DNA of 64,000 bases. It comes from an uncultured cyanobacterium (lineage in GTDB: Bacteria; Cyanobacteriota; Cyanobacteriia; Phormidesmidales; Phormidesmidaceae). The stretch spans positions 928,001-992,000 of the forward strand of contig CAWBZI010000006.1 in the NCBI GenBank assembly GCA_963793265.1, given 5' to 3'. How positions within the stretch are numbered: position 1 is the first letter of the stretch; the number at the start of each line of letters is the position of its first letter. Shown in pieces: positions 50,543 through 59,466 of the stretch. Below the pieces are notes generated by a model. It had not been told where the DNA came from and searched no databases. It saw only the letters and a list, made by a program, of their open reading frames with translations. Made by a program: the position numbers and the translations under genes.

Positions 50543-51595
50543 TTAAACGGACAAAGCAGGCACCTGTAGCGCTTCGCGTACCTGCTGCTCTATAACCTGG
50601 GCGATCTGTAAGTTTTGAGCGAGATATAGCACCGCATTATCTCTTCCCTGGGCAAAGTTATTGTCCTGGTAGCTATACCACGCGCCCTTTCGCACAATCA
50701 CGCCTGTCTCTTCTGCCAAATCGATAATGCAGCCAACCGTCGAGATGCCTTTCCCGAACAGAATATCGAACTCAGCAAGGCGAAAGGGCGGTGCAATCTT
50801 ATTTTTGGCGACTTTTACCTTCACGCGAATGCCAAAGTTATCGTTGCCCTTCTTAAGAGTCTGTACTCGTCTAATATCGAGCCTGACAGAGGCATAGAAT
50901 TTTAGAGCATTGCCGCCAGTCGTCGTTTCTGGACTGCCATAAACAACCCCAATCTTTTGCCTGAGCTGGTTAAGAAAGATGATCGTGCAGCCTGATTTAC
51001 CCAGGTTGCCAGTAAGTTTTCTTAGCGCCTGACTCATCAGCCGCGCTTGCAGCCCCATGTGAGAGTCACCCATTTCCCCTTCAATTTCCGCGCGGGGAAC
51101 CAGCGCCGCCACAGAATCTATCACGATAATATCAACGGCGGCTGAGCGCACAAGCTGATCGGTAATTTCTAGCGCTGTTTCACCGTTATCTGGCTGAGCA
51201 ATAATCAGGTTTTGAGTATCTACGCCAACGGCTGCGGCGTATACCGGATCGAGCGCGTGTTCTGCATCAATAAAAGCAGCCGTGCCGCCTTGCGCCTGAA
51301 CAGAAGCGATCGCATGAAGCGCCAAAGTCGTTTTCCCTGCGCTCTCGGGCCCATAAATCTCAATCACCCGACCTTTTGGCAAGCCACCCCCTAGCGCCAA
51401 ATCCAAAGGCAGCGCGCCGCTCGGAATAGTTTCGACCTTAAGCTGCTGCGCCTCACCCAAACGCATAATCGATCCCTGACCAAAGTTGCGCTCAATATGA
51501 GTCAGCACGCGCCCTAATGCCTGATCGCGCTCAGTCGCAGCAGCTCCTTTTTCTGAGCTAGTCTTCGCAGTATTCTCGACGGTCGATAGGTTCAT
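50543..51595 (-). CDS. recA: Recombinase A
   Basis: [58 protein letters not shown]. Confidence 0.97.
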   Translation of the reverse strand: MNLSTVENTAKTSSEKGAAATERDQALGRVLTHIERNFGQGSIMRLGEAQQLKVETIPSGALPLDLALGGGLPKGRVIEIYGPESAGKTTLALHAIASVQAQGGTAAFIDAEHALDPVYAAAVGVDTQNLIIAQPDNGETALEITDQLVRSAAVDIIVIDSVAALVPRAEIEGEMGDSHMGLQARLMSQALRKLTGNLGKSGCTIIFLNQLRQKIGVVYGSPETTTGGNALKFYASVRLDIRRVQTLKKGNDNFGIRVKVKVAKNKIAPPFRLAEFDILFGKGISTVGCIIDLAEETGVIVRKGAWYSYQDNNFAQGRDNAVLYLAQNLQIAQVIEQQVREALQVPALSV

Positions 51596-51623
51596 AGGAG
51601 CGCACGCTAAAGGGTATGCGTTA

Positions 51624-51637
51624 AATACGTATGTACT
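51624..51637 (-). promoter_or_regulatory. Putative cyanobacterial LexA box upstream of recA
   Basis: Minus strand AGTAC-ATAC-GTATT, two mismatches from RGTAC-N3-DGTWCB, just downstream of a TATTAT -10-like element at 51655-51650. Confidence 0.55.
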
Positions 51638-51769
51638 ACGTTGTACTCTATAATATCGCTTCTGGCTAGCGAATACTCTTATTATATTGACGAATATTAA
51701 TAGGGCTTTCTGCTGAAGTCATGAATAGAGCTACTTGATTAATCGTGCTCAAACGATAAGATCTTAAGC

Positions 51770-53002
51770 ATGGTTAATATCAGCGCCCAATCTACAACTG
51801 ACCTAGCCGTAGGCGTTGCTGGGCTCACGGATTATTTGAAGCTGCTGCTAGAAGAAAATCCTCAGCTCAGCAAAATTTGGGTCGTAGGCGAAGTTTCTAG
51901 CGCTCGCAAGCATCAGCAGGGCTGCTTTTTCACGCTGCAAGAGCCAGATGGATCGGCTGCGGTGAACTGTGTGGTGTGGCGATCGCAACTCCCCCGGCTT
52001 ACGGCTATGCCTGAAGTGGGCGAACAGGTCACCGTACTTGGTCAGATCAAGCTCTATCCCAAGCGCGGATCGTATCAGCTCACCGTTTGGCAAGTGCTCC
52101 CGGCTGGTGAAGGGCTTCAGGCGCTGCGTTACAAGCAACTGCGATCACGCCTTACCGCCGAAGGACTCTTCGATCTTGCCCGCAAGCGTCCTTTACCCAC
52201 CTATCCACAAACGCTAGCCGTCGTTACCTCGCCTCAGGCAGCCGCCTGGGGTGACATTCAGCGCACTTTGCTACAGCGCAATCCCAATATCGAAATCTTG
52301 CTTTCCCCAGCGACGGTTCAAGGCGCGCAGGCACCGGCTTCAATTGCCAGAGCGATCGCGCGCGTGAGCAAAGATGGCCGCGCCGACGTATTGCTGCTTG
52401 CTCGCGGCGGCGGTGCTAGTGAAGATTTGGCCTGTTTTGATGATGAGCAGGTGGTGGTGGCGATCGCCCAATCTGCCATTCCTGTAATCACTGGAATTGG
52501 CCACGAACGCGATGAGTCACTGGCTGATTTGGTCGCAGATGTGTGCGCTCATACGCCAACGGCTGCTGCCGAGCAGGTCGTACCGAGCTTAGAGGCGCTT
52601 TATGCTGAGCAGGTTCAGTACTTGCAGCGGATGGTGCAAATAGTGACGCGGCGGCTGCAATTGGGACAGAGCCAGGTGCGATCGCTTCAAACCCGGCTTC
52701 AGCGCCTGCGACCCGACCGCCAAATTGCCCAGCAGCAACAGCTCATAGACTGGCAGCGACAGCAGCTCATCACCGCGCTATCTCAACGCCTACAGCTCGC
52801 CCAGCTTCAGCACCAGCGACTGCAAGAAAAGCTAGCCGCACTCGATCCCGCCTCAGTCATTAAGCGCGGCTATGCCCTTGTTAAAGCAGAAGGCGAAATT
52901 GCCACAGATGCCCGGCAGCTTCCACCCGGCACCAAGTTAGAGATTCAGCTAGGTACTGGAAAGCTCACGGCAACCGTAACAACAAACGACACTCATTCCT
53001 AA
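51770..53002 (+). CDS. xseA: Exodeoxyribonuclease VII large subunit
   Basis: WVVGEVS OB fold, L.AEGLFD..RKRPLP, VQG..AP, ARGGGA.EDL, GIGHERD. Confidence 0.95.
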   Translation: MVNISAQSTTDLAVGVAGLTDYLKLLLEENPQLSKIWVVGEVSSARKHQQGCFFTLQEPDGSAAVNCVVWRSQLPRLTAMPEVGEQVTVLGQIKLYPKRGSYQLTVWQVLPAGEGLQALRYKQLRSRLTAEGLFDLARKRPLPTYPQTLAVVTSPQAAAWGDIQRTLLQRNPNIEILLSPATVQGAQAPASIARAIARVSKDGRADVLLLARGGGASEDLACFDDEQVVVAIAQSAIPVITGIGHERDESLADLVADVCAHTPTAAAEQVVPSLEALYAEQVQYLQRMVQIVTRRLQLGQSQVRSLQTRLQRLRPDRQIAQQQQLIDWQRQQLITALSQRLQLAQLQHQRLQEKLAALDPASVIKRGYALVKAEGEIATDARQLPPGTKLEIQLGTGKLTATVTTNDTHS

Positions 53003-53014
53003 AGGGAACCTGCT

Positions 53015-53272
53015 ATGCCTCCCGCCAAAAAATCATCAAAGACACCAGCGCCATCTGAAAAGACATTGCCGGACAATTGGAGCTACGAAGATACGCTCTC
53101 TCAAATAGAAGATATTACAGAACAGCTAGAGACTGGCGAGCTGCCTTTAGCCGAAGTCTTCGAGCAATTTGTAGATGCCGTAAGCGCTTTGCAGCAGTGC
53201 GACCAGTTCTTACAGTCCAAGCAGCAGCAGGCTTCTTTACTCATAGAAACGCTGGTTGGAGAAGATGATTAG
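53015..53272 (+). CDS. xseB: Exodeoxyribonuclease VII small subunit
   Basis: YE.TL..IE.I...LE.GELPL.E....F..AV..L.QC..FL; 12 nt after xseA. Confidence 0.9.
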   Translation: MPPAKKSSKTPAPSEKTLPDNWSYEDTLSQIEDITEQLETGELPLAEVFEQFVDAVSALQQCDQFLQSKQQQASLLIETLVGEDD

Positions 53273-54813
53273 ACGCTTGCAAGCGAAGCGGTTGAGCTGC
53301 CCGAGGAGCTACCAGAGCGCACAAAGCTAGCGTGATTAGCAGGCGTCTGTGAGCCTAATGTTTGTGAGCCAGCGGCTACTGGGGCGATCACAGACGGCGC
53401 TGAATGACATATCGGTAGCAAAATTGTGAGCGTAGTCCCCTGATTTTGAGCACTTTCAACGGAGATACTGCCGCCCATTCGCGCGACCAACTGCTGTACG
53501 AGCGTAAGTCCTAACCCAGCACCAGGCGCACTCTCGCCGCTAGCAGGACAGCGATAAAAGGCGTCGAACAGCCTGTCTGTATCCGTCTTCGCAATACCTG
53601 CGCCCGAATCTCGTACCGTTAGCGCGATAGCGTTAGCGTCGTGAGCAGCAGCAGCGACCCAAACTCGCCCCCCTTGAGGCGTAATTTGAATACCGTTTTT
53701 AATTAAATGAATCACGATCTTTTTCAGCTCTGACTCTACGCACAGCACCTCGTTCAGGCTAGCGGGAATCGTGTATGCCAGCATAATGCCGCGCTCTTCG
53801 GCGATTGGCTGATAGGTGCTCACAATGCCTGGAATAATCTCGGCTAGCTGCACGGGCTGAGGATTGATAGCCTGAGTTGTTTGGATTTTAAGCAGGTCGG
53901 TGATGCCGTTGATCAATGACTTTTGGCGATCGCACTGCGTACTGATCATCTCCAGATATCGCTGCCTCTGCGGCAGCTTTAGCGCCGGGGAACCAAGCAA
54001 CGTCAGCGCCGTTTTAATCGTGGTCAGCGGCGAGTGTAGCTCCTGACGCGCCTTGGCTAAAAACTCAGGCGAAAGCGAACGCTCTGAAAGTTCCGAGTCG
54101 TCTTTACTGGCATTGCGGTAGGTGGACAGCTGGGATCGCAAGTCCTCTTGAAACTGTAGCTGCCAGGCTAAAAAAGTGCCGGTTAGCGGGAGCGCTTCAT
54201 GAGCCAGCAAATCGACAGGAAATAATCGATCCCACTGACTTAGCGCCGCTCTGCCTTGCACAGATTCGTCCGTGTTTTGCAGCGGCTCAGTTGACGGCTC
54301 GTTCGACTGCTCAGCCGTGTCGCTCAAGCTATTTTCGATAATCTGCCTGATTCCTACGCCGAGTGCAGCCACCGAGCGCCCAGCAGTAGAACAATAGAGG
54401 CTGATAGTGCGCTTATCGGTGGTCGGCGGTGCGCTAGGCGGGTTACGAACAGCTAGCAGTGAGACGACAAAATTATCAGCGATCGCCACACACATATACT
54501 CTCGCTTGAGATCGTCGTCTTGATCAATCGCAATCGGGCGCAAGCTCGCTGCTAGATTATCTGGTGGTGTGCCTGTCTGATCTCCTAACGCATAGACTGT
54601 GCAACCTGCGGCCTGCTGAGCGTACTGCCAAACATCCGTCCACCAGGCGTCTCCTTTGGGCAGCTTGAGCCAAAGGGTCGCCGGAACCTGATGAGCAATC
54701 AGAAAGTTAGTCAGCGATTGCAGGGCAAACTTAAATCCCTTCGGCCCCATGAGAACTGCCGATGGTGGTGATTGGATACTGACCAGATGAGTCTGTAACG
54801 ATAAAGACGGCAT
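53269..54813 (-). CDS. DICT-like sensor domain + HisKA-like + HATPase_c protein lacking the canonical phospho-His
   Basis: H-box reads RQELHSPLTTIKTAL; N/G1/F/G2 boxes LIKNG, DSGAGI, LFDAFYR, GAGLGL; N-terminal LWLKLP..LKREY region; DICT call is from recollection. Confidence 0.78.
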   Translation of the reverse strand: MPSLSLQTHLVSIQSPPSAVLMGPKGFKFALQSLTNFLIAHQVPATLWLKLPKGDAWWTDVWQYAQQAAGCTVYALGDQTGTPPDNLAASLRPIAIDQDDDLKREYMCVAIADNFVVSLLAVRNPPSAPPTTDKRTISLYCSTAGRSVAALGVGIRQIIENSLSDTAEQSNEPSTEPLQNTDESVQGRAALSQWDRLFPVDLLAHEALPLTGTFLAWQLQFQEDLRSQLSTYRNASKDDSELSERSLSPEFLAKARQELHSPLTTIKTALTLLGSPALKLPQRQRYLEMISTQCDRQKSLINGITDLLKIQTTQAINPQPVQLAEIIPGIVSTYQPIAEERGIMLAYTIPASLNEVLCVESELKKIVIHLIKNGIQITPQGGRVWVAAAAHDANAIALTVRDSGAGIAKTDTDRLFDAFYRCPASGESAPGAGLGLTLVQQLVARMGGSISVESAQNQGTTLTILLPICHSAPSVIAPVAAGSQTLGSQTPANHASFVRSGSSSGSSTASLASV

Positions 54814-55132
54814 GGCTTACTGAGTTAGGAATAACTGGCCAGAGAATTCCGGCGCACGAGCGTTAGGTGTTTATAGAGTCCGATCACACTTTCAAAGCTG
54901 TCAACGGTATGGCCAACAAGCGGTGACTAAATGCAGTGAAAAGACCGTGTTTCCACGGACTCTATAGAAAACGAATAAAAGAGCGAAATGATTAAGCGGC
55001 AGGGGCTAACTGCCTTAAAGATGCCCAAAACAACTCTAGTTGTTAGCGGCAGGGGCATAAACATTCCGCGTTTTTGCCCTTATCACCGCATCTAATGCCC
55101 TTTTAATGCGGTCTGCCCCGTATTGACGGCAG

Positions 55133-56644
55133 CTACGCCCTCGCTGATATCCGCGCTTTCAAAGCCTCTCTAGACTGTTCGCGGTCATCAAAGTGAATTT
55201 TCTCAGTGCCCAAAATTTGATAGTCTTCGTGGCCTTTACCGGCAATTACAATGCCGTCTCCGGCCTGGGCTTGCAAAATAGCGCTACGAATGGCCTGGGC
55301 GCGATCGCAAATCACCTGATCCTCATCCAGCGGCCCCTCAATTCCAGCCACCACATCTTTTAGTATCTGCTCAGGATCTTCGGTTCGCGGATTATCGGAA
55401 GTCACAATCGCGCGATCGGCTTCTGCGTAGGCAATGCGGCCCATTTTCGGGCGTTTGGTGCGATCACGATCGCCCCCACAGCCAAACACACAAATCAGAT
55501 TCCCCGACACAAAAGGCCGCGCCGCCCTCAGCGCATTCTCTAAGCTATCGGGCGTATGAGCATAGTCCACAATCACACTGATGTCTTGATCAGGTTCTAC
55601 CTGCACACGCTCCATTCGCCCAGGCACACCTGCAAAACCGGGCAGGGCGGCCACGATTTGCTTGAGCAGCACATCCATATATAGCGCCGCGCCAACAGCT
55701 GCTAATAAATTTTCTAAATTAAACTGACCGACCAAAGGCGACGTAAAAGCAGCTTTGCCTTGAGGCGTGCAAAGCGTACCGCTTACCCCAGTCGCGCTAT
55801 AGCTCAAATCTTCCATATAAAGATCGGCGCTGGTGTCGTCTACGCTATACGTCCAAACTTTGCCTTTATCTAGGCGACTAATCAGCTTTTGCCCGTAAGC
55901 GTCGTCCTTATTAATAATCGCTTGGCCCTTTAGATAGTCAGGCCCAAACAGCAGCGCCTTCGACTCAAAATAGTCGTCCAGATCTTTGTGATAGTCGAGG
56001 TGATCTTGCGTGAGATTTGTAAAAACTGCCGCTTCAAACGGAATTCCCCAGGCCCGGTGCTGAGCCAGTGCGTGAGAGCTAATTTCCATAACGGCATTTT
56101 CGCAGCTTGCATCACGGGCACTGGCTAGCTCTGCCTGCAAGTCAATAGGAAAGGGTGTGGTGTGAACTGCCGTTTTTTCGTAACTTGGCCAGCGAGTGTA
56201 GAGGGTTCCTAAGATGGCCGTCTTTTGCTGAGCCTGATTGAGAAAGTATTCGATTAGGTGAGTCGTGGTGGTCTTGCCATTCGTACCCGTGACGCCGACC
56301 ATATTCATCGCCCGAGCGGGCCAGCCATAGAAATTCGCTGCTAGCTTCGCGCAAACACGTGCCATATCATCAGATGTCAGCACAAGGGCAGTCGCCTCGT
56401 TTGGCTTAGCTTCTAGCGCTTGAGGTGAAACCAAAGCAGCAATAGCGCCTTTATCGATGGCACCCTGCCAAAATTCGCCACCGTCCACGCGGGTGCCGGG
56501 CATTCCAACGAAAAGGTTGCCGGGGGTGATCGCCTGTGAATTGGCTGAAAGTCCGGTCACTTCCTTTTCCCAACTTGGATGCCCTGCCAAGCTATCTGAC
56601 ACCGTAAACCCCTTCAATTCAGAAAAAAGTTCTTTGAGCAGCAT
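55133..56644 (-). CDS. murE: UDP-MurNAc-L-Ala-D-Glu--meso-diaminopimelate ligase
   Basis: GVTGTNGKTT, MEISSH, FTNLTQDHLDYH, DYAHTPD, DNPR (mDAP-specific), AGKGHE; ATG 56644. Confidence 0.96.
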   Translation of the reverse strand: MLLKELFSELKGFTVSDSLAGHPSWEKEVTGLSANSQAITPGNLFVGMPGTRVDGGEFWQGAIDKGAIAALVSPQALEAKPNEATALVLTSDDMARVCAKLAANFYGWPARAMNMVGVTGTNGKTTTTHLIEYFLNQAQQKTAILGTLYTRWPSYEKTAVHTTPFPIDLQAELASARDASCENAVMEISSHALAQHRAWGIPFEAAVFTNLTQDHLDYHKDLDDYFESKALLFGPDYLKGQAIINKDDAYGQKLISRLDKGKVWTYSVDDTSADLYMEDLSYSATGVSGTLCTPQGKAAFTSPLVGQFNLENLLAAVGAALYMDVLLKQIVAALPGFAGVPGRMERVQVEPDQDISVIVDYAHTPDSLENALRAARPFVSGNLICVFGCGGDRDRTKRPKMGRIAYAEADRAIVTSDNPRTEDPEQILKDVVAGIEGPLDEDQVICDRAQAIRSAILQAQAGDGIVIAGKGHEDYQILGTEKIHFDDREQSREALKARISARA

Positions 56645-56754
56645 GTGTTTTCGCCTCTTCACTCTATAGCTAACTTGTGGCTAAATATATCGGATCAAAC
56701 GCACCTCAGCTCATATATCAACCACCGTTGCTAACTAAGATCGTTTGGCTGAGA

Positions 56755-57033
56755 TTATGCCGTGAAAGGGCCTACATGCGTCTGTATCATCTGAGCTACC
56801 TTAGCCACTGAAGCCCGAGGCGAAGGTCTGGGCAATACTCGTTCAGTCTGACCCTCTTCTAAATCTTCTTGAATCGCGCATAAAACAGGCACTTCGTACT
56901 GATATTTCTGAAACCACACTTCATTGGTGGTGATATCTCGAACGTCTATTTGGATAGGTAGCGCTGCGAGCTTTTCGGCTAAGCCTTCGCAGAGATGGCA
57001 TCCTGGCTTGCTGTATAGAATAAGCGTCTTCAT
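56755..57033 (-). CDS. Glutaredoxin-like protein (DUF836)
   Basis: LYSKPGCHLCEGL, RDIT, YQYEVPVL, LPRPSPR. Confidence 0.85.
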   Translation of the reverse strand: MKTLILYSKPGCHLCEGLAEKLAALPIQIDVRDITTNEVWFQKYQYEVPVLCAIQEDLEEGQTERVLPRPSPRASVAKVAQMIQTHVGPFTA

Positions 57034-57302
57034 TGTGTTGCGGGTAATTTTGTCATCAATTTAATCTATAGCGTTTACAAGCCGCCTGGCACTTGGCATT
57101 CAAACCTACTTTCGACCCGAATAAAATAATGTCCGGTATTCCGATCGGTTTATGCGTGATTAATAGAGTAGGATTAAAACTGTCATCTTAAAAAGCCGTT
57201 TAGAAGGCGCGTTTTTTAAGCAAATGACCGTTTGGATACTTCTTTATTGGCAAACCACTTCCGGCCACTATTTTTGACCGGCACTCATACCCAGCAACTA
57301 TT

Positions 57303-58055
57303 ATGGTTCAGTGCATAGAAGCCCTTCCCACCGCTCTTTCCAGTAGGGCTCCAAATACTTTCGATGGCGATGCGTTGGATTGCGATCGCCTCAATCAGCA
57401 ATTTGAGCAGGCCACCCCTCAAGAAATCCTGGCCTGGTGCATTTGCAATATCCCCGAAGGCTTAGTTCAAACCGCTTCTTTCAGCATGTTGACAGTTACT
57501 CACATGCTGTATAAAGAGCTAAGCCACCCAGTTCCTGTCATCTTTTTAGACACCCTTCACCTGTTCCCTGAGACGCTAGAAACCGTCAAGAAATCGGACT
57601 TCATTTACGACCTGGATCTCCACACGTACAAAGCGGTAGGTGCTGATACCCGTGAGGCATTTGCCGAACGCTATGGCGATAAGCTATGGGAGCGAGATGT
57701 CGATCAGTTTTACGCCATTACAAAAGTAGAGCCTCTACAAAGAGCTTTAGACGAGCTGCAAGTGAAAGCTTGGATCACAGGCCGTCGCCGCGATCAGTCT
57801 GATAGCCGTGCGCAGCTTCCTATCTTTGAGAAGACTGAGCAAGGGCGATTGAAGATTAATCCCCTGGCAAACTGGACGCTGAAAGACGTATGGGCCTATG
57901 TTGACGAGCACAACGTTGTCTACAATCCGCTACTCGACCAGGGCTATACCAGCATTGGCGATCAGCCTTTAACAACGCCTACGGCTAGCGGCGAAGATGA
58001 GCGTGCGGGCAGATGGCGCGGTACTGAGAAAACTGAGTGTGGTATTCACTGGTAG
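57303..58055 (+). CDS. cysH: Phosphoadenosine phosphosulfate reductase (no Fe-S cysteines)
   Basis: FLDTLHLFPET, KVEPL.RAL, WITGRRRDQ, GYTSIGD, ERAGRW, ECGIH; lacks the CC and CxxC cluster ligands of APS reductases. Confidence 0.92.
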   Translation: MVQCIEALPTALSSRAPNTFDGDALDCDRLNQQFEQATPQEILAWCICNIPEGLVQTASFSMLTVTHMLYKELSHPVPVIFLDTLHLFPETLETVKKSDFIYDLDLHTYKAVGADTREAFAERYGDKLWERDVDQFYAITKVEPLQRALDELQVKAWITGRRRDQSDSRAQLPIFEKTEQGRLKINPLANWTLKDVWAYVDEHNVVYNPLLDQGYTSIGDQPLTTPTASGEDERAGRWRGTEKTECGIHW

Positions 58056-58085
58056 GTAAGGGTCACTGTAACTTGAGCCTACAAA

Positions 58086-58526
58086 TCAAGCCTTTTCAGA
58101 GGTTTCGCTAGCTAGTAATAAAACCTTCTTTTGCATCGTCTTAAAAATGTTGTAAAAGCCGTTTGCTCTTGAAGGCGTTAGGCTTACGTCTAACTGGGTT
58201 TCTTGAATGAAATCGGGCTCAAGGTGAACAATTTCAGCGGGCGTTAGGCCGCTCAAACCTTCAATTAACATCGCCAGTAGGCCCTTCGTAATTTGAGCAT
58301 CTGAATCGCCTTGAAAAGCGACCTTACCTTCGTTTATATCAGCCGTAATGTACACCTGAGAAACGCAGCCCGGCACCTTATTTTCAGGCACCTTTCCTTC
58401 AGATGGAAAAGGCGTTAGTTTTTTGGCATACCAAAGTAGCTGCTCGTAGCGGCGCTTGGGCTCGCTGATGCGGGCAAATCGTTTGACGAGTTTATCGAGT
58501 TGAGCAGGGCGAGAAGAAGCAGTCAT
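58086..58526 (-). CDS. sufE: Fe-S cluster sulfur acceptor SufE
   Basis: YEQLLW, KVPGCVSQV, GDSDA.ITKGL, SLTPSRANGF. Confidence 0.92.
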   Translation of the reverse strand: MTASSRPAQLDKLVKRFARISEPKRRYEQLLWYAKKLTPFPSEGKVPENKVPGCVSQVYITADINEGKVAFQGDSDAQITKGLLAMLIEGLSGLTPAEIVHLEPDFIQETQLDVSLTPSRANGFYNIFKTMQKKVLLLASETSEKA

Positions 58527-58596
58527 GCAGGGTATGGAAGGAAAAAGCTTTCAAAGATCAGGTACTCTCCCACCATAGCGCTACAAGAGCGAGCTG

Positions 58597-58887
58597 TTAC
58601 TTGCTATTGGCCAAACCTTTTGAAGCGACTTCCTTTACCGCTCCTGATTCTTTGTTGCCAACAAAGCGATGGGCCACGGTTTCTGGTTGAATAGCCGACA
58701 AAATGACATGCCCTGAATCAGTGACCATCACGGCCCGAGTGCGCCTGCCATAGGTGGCATCGACAAGCTGACCGCGATCGCGTGCCTCAGAAATTACCCG
58801 CTTGATTGGAGCAGATTCTGGGCTCACAATGGCCACGAGTCGGTTGGCAGAAACAATGTTTCCAAATCCAATATTGATAAGCTTCAT
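58597..58887 (-). CDS. remA: RemA/DUF370-family protein
   Basis: [51 protein letters not shown]. Confidence 0.9.
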   Translation of the reverse strand: MKLINIGFGNIVSANRLVAIVSPESAPIKRVISEARDRGQLVDATYGRRTRAVMVTDSGHVILSAIQPETVAHRFVGNKESGAVKEVASKGLANSK

Positions 58888-59466
58888 GTTCTTATTTGAA
58901 TTACTAAAGTGCTAGATGATGAATGGGAGTGATATGACTTAGAGTGAGTACAAGCAAGAAAGCGCAATAGAGCCGGTGGCCTTATCCGAGCAGCTTTGAT
59001 TAGCTGCCACACCGCAGCGGGCTAAACCGCACTGTCTAATTGATTCAAATATTGTTCACAGCGATTCTGGGCGTTGACAACAAACGCCTAGAATCGATAT
59101 TCAAAACAAGTACTCAAGAAAAACGAACTTTTTCGTAGGCCCACCCATATAAAAAACAGCCCTATCAGGAGCTGCCTTTGGGTAGAGCTACGCACACCTT
59201 TTAAGTTGATATCTTGTTTTACAATGCTAGCGAACAAGTAAGGCTTTTGTGTTGGCTTATGACACATCATTAGCCACAAAAACGAAAGCATTCGAGGATT
59301 TAGCGCTATATAGCCCTCAATGAGTACGCTAAAAGATTTATCAGGGCTTATAAATCTAGCTTTTCTAGGATTTACCTTACTTTTTTACGTTTGTTCTTAT
59401 TTATTAAGGAGCGTAAAAATTACCTACGAAAGGGTAGCTTCCAACAGTTTTTTCTAAGAGGTTTTC

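Noticed and set aside
55040..55090. c-di-GMP-I riboswitch suggested by AAGGGCAAA on the minus strand
   Set aside because: Lacks the GNRA-capped P2 stem, the GACGCAAAG junction and the tetraloop receptor
59088..59291. 67-aa minus-strand ORF upstream of remA
   Set aside because: No motif or RBS and atypical composition; the region is better explained as a regulatory or structured spacer
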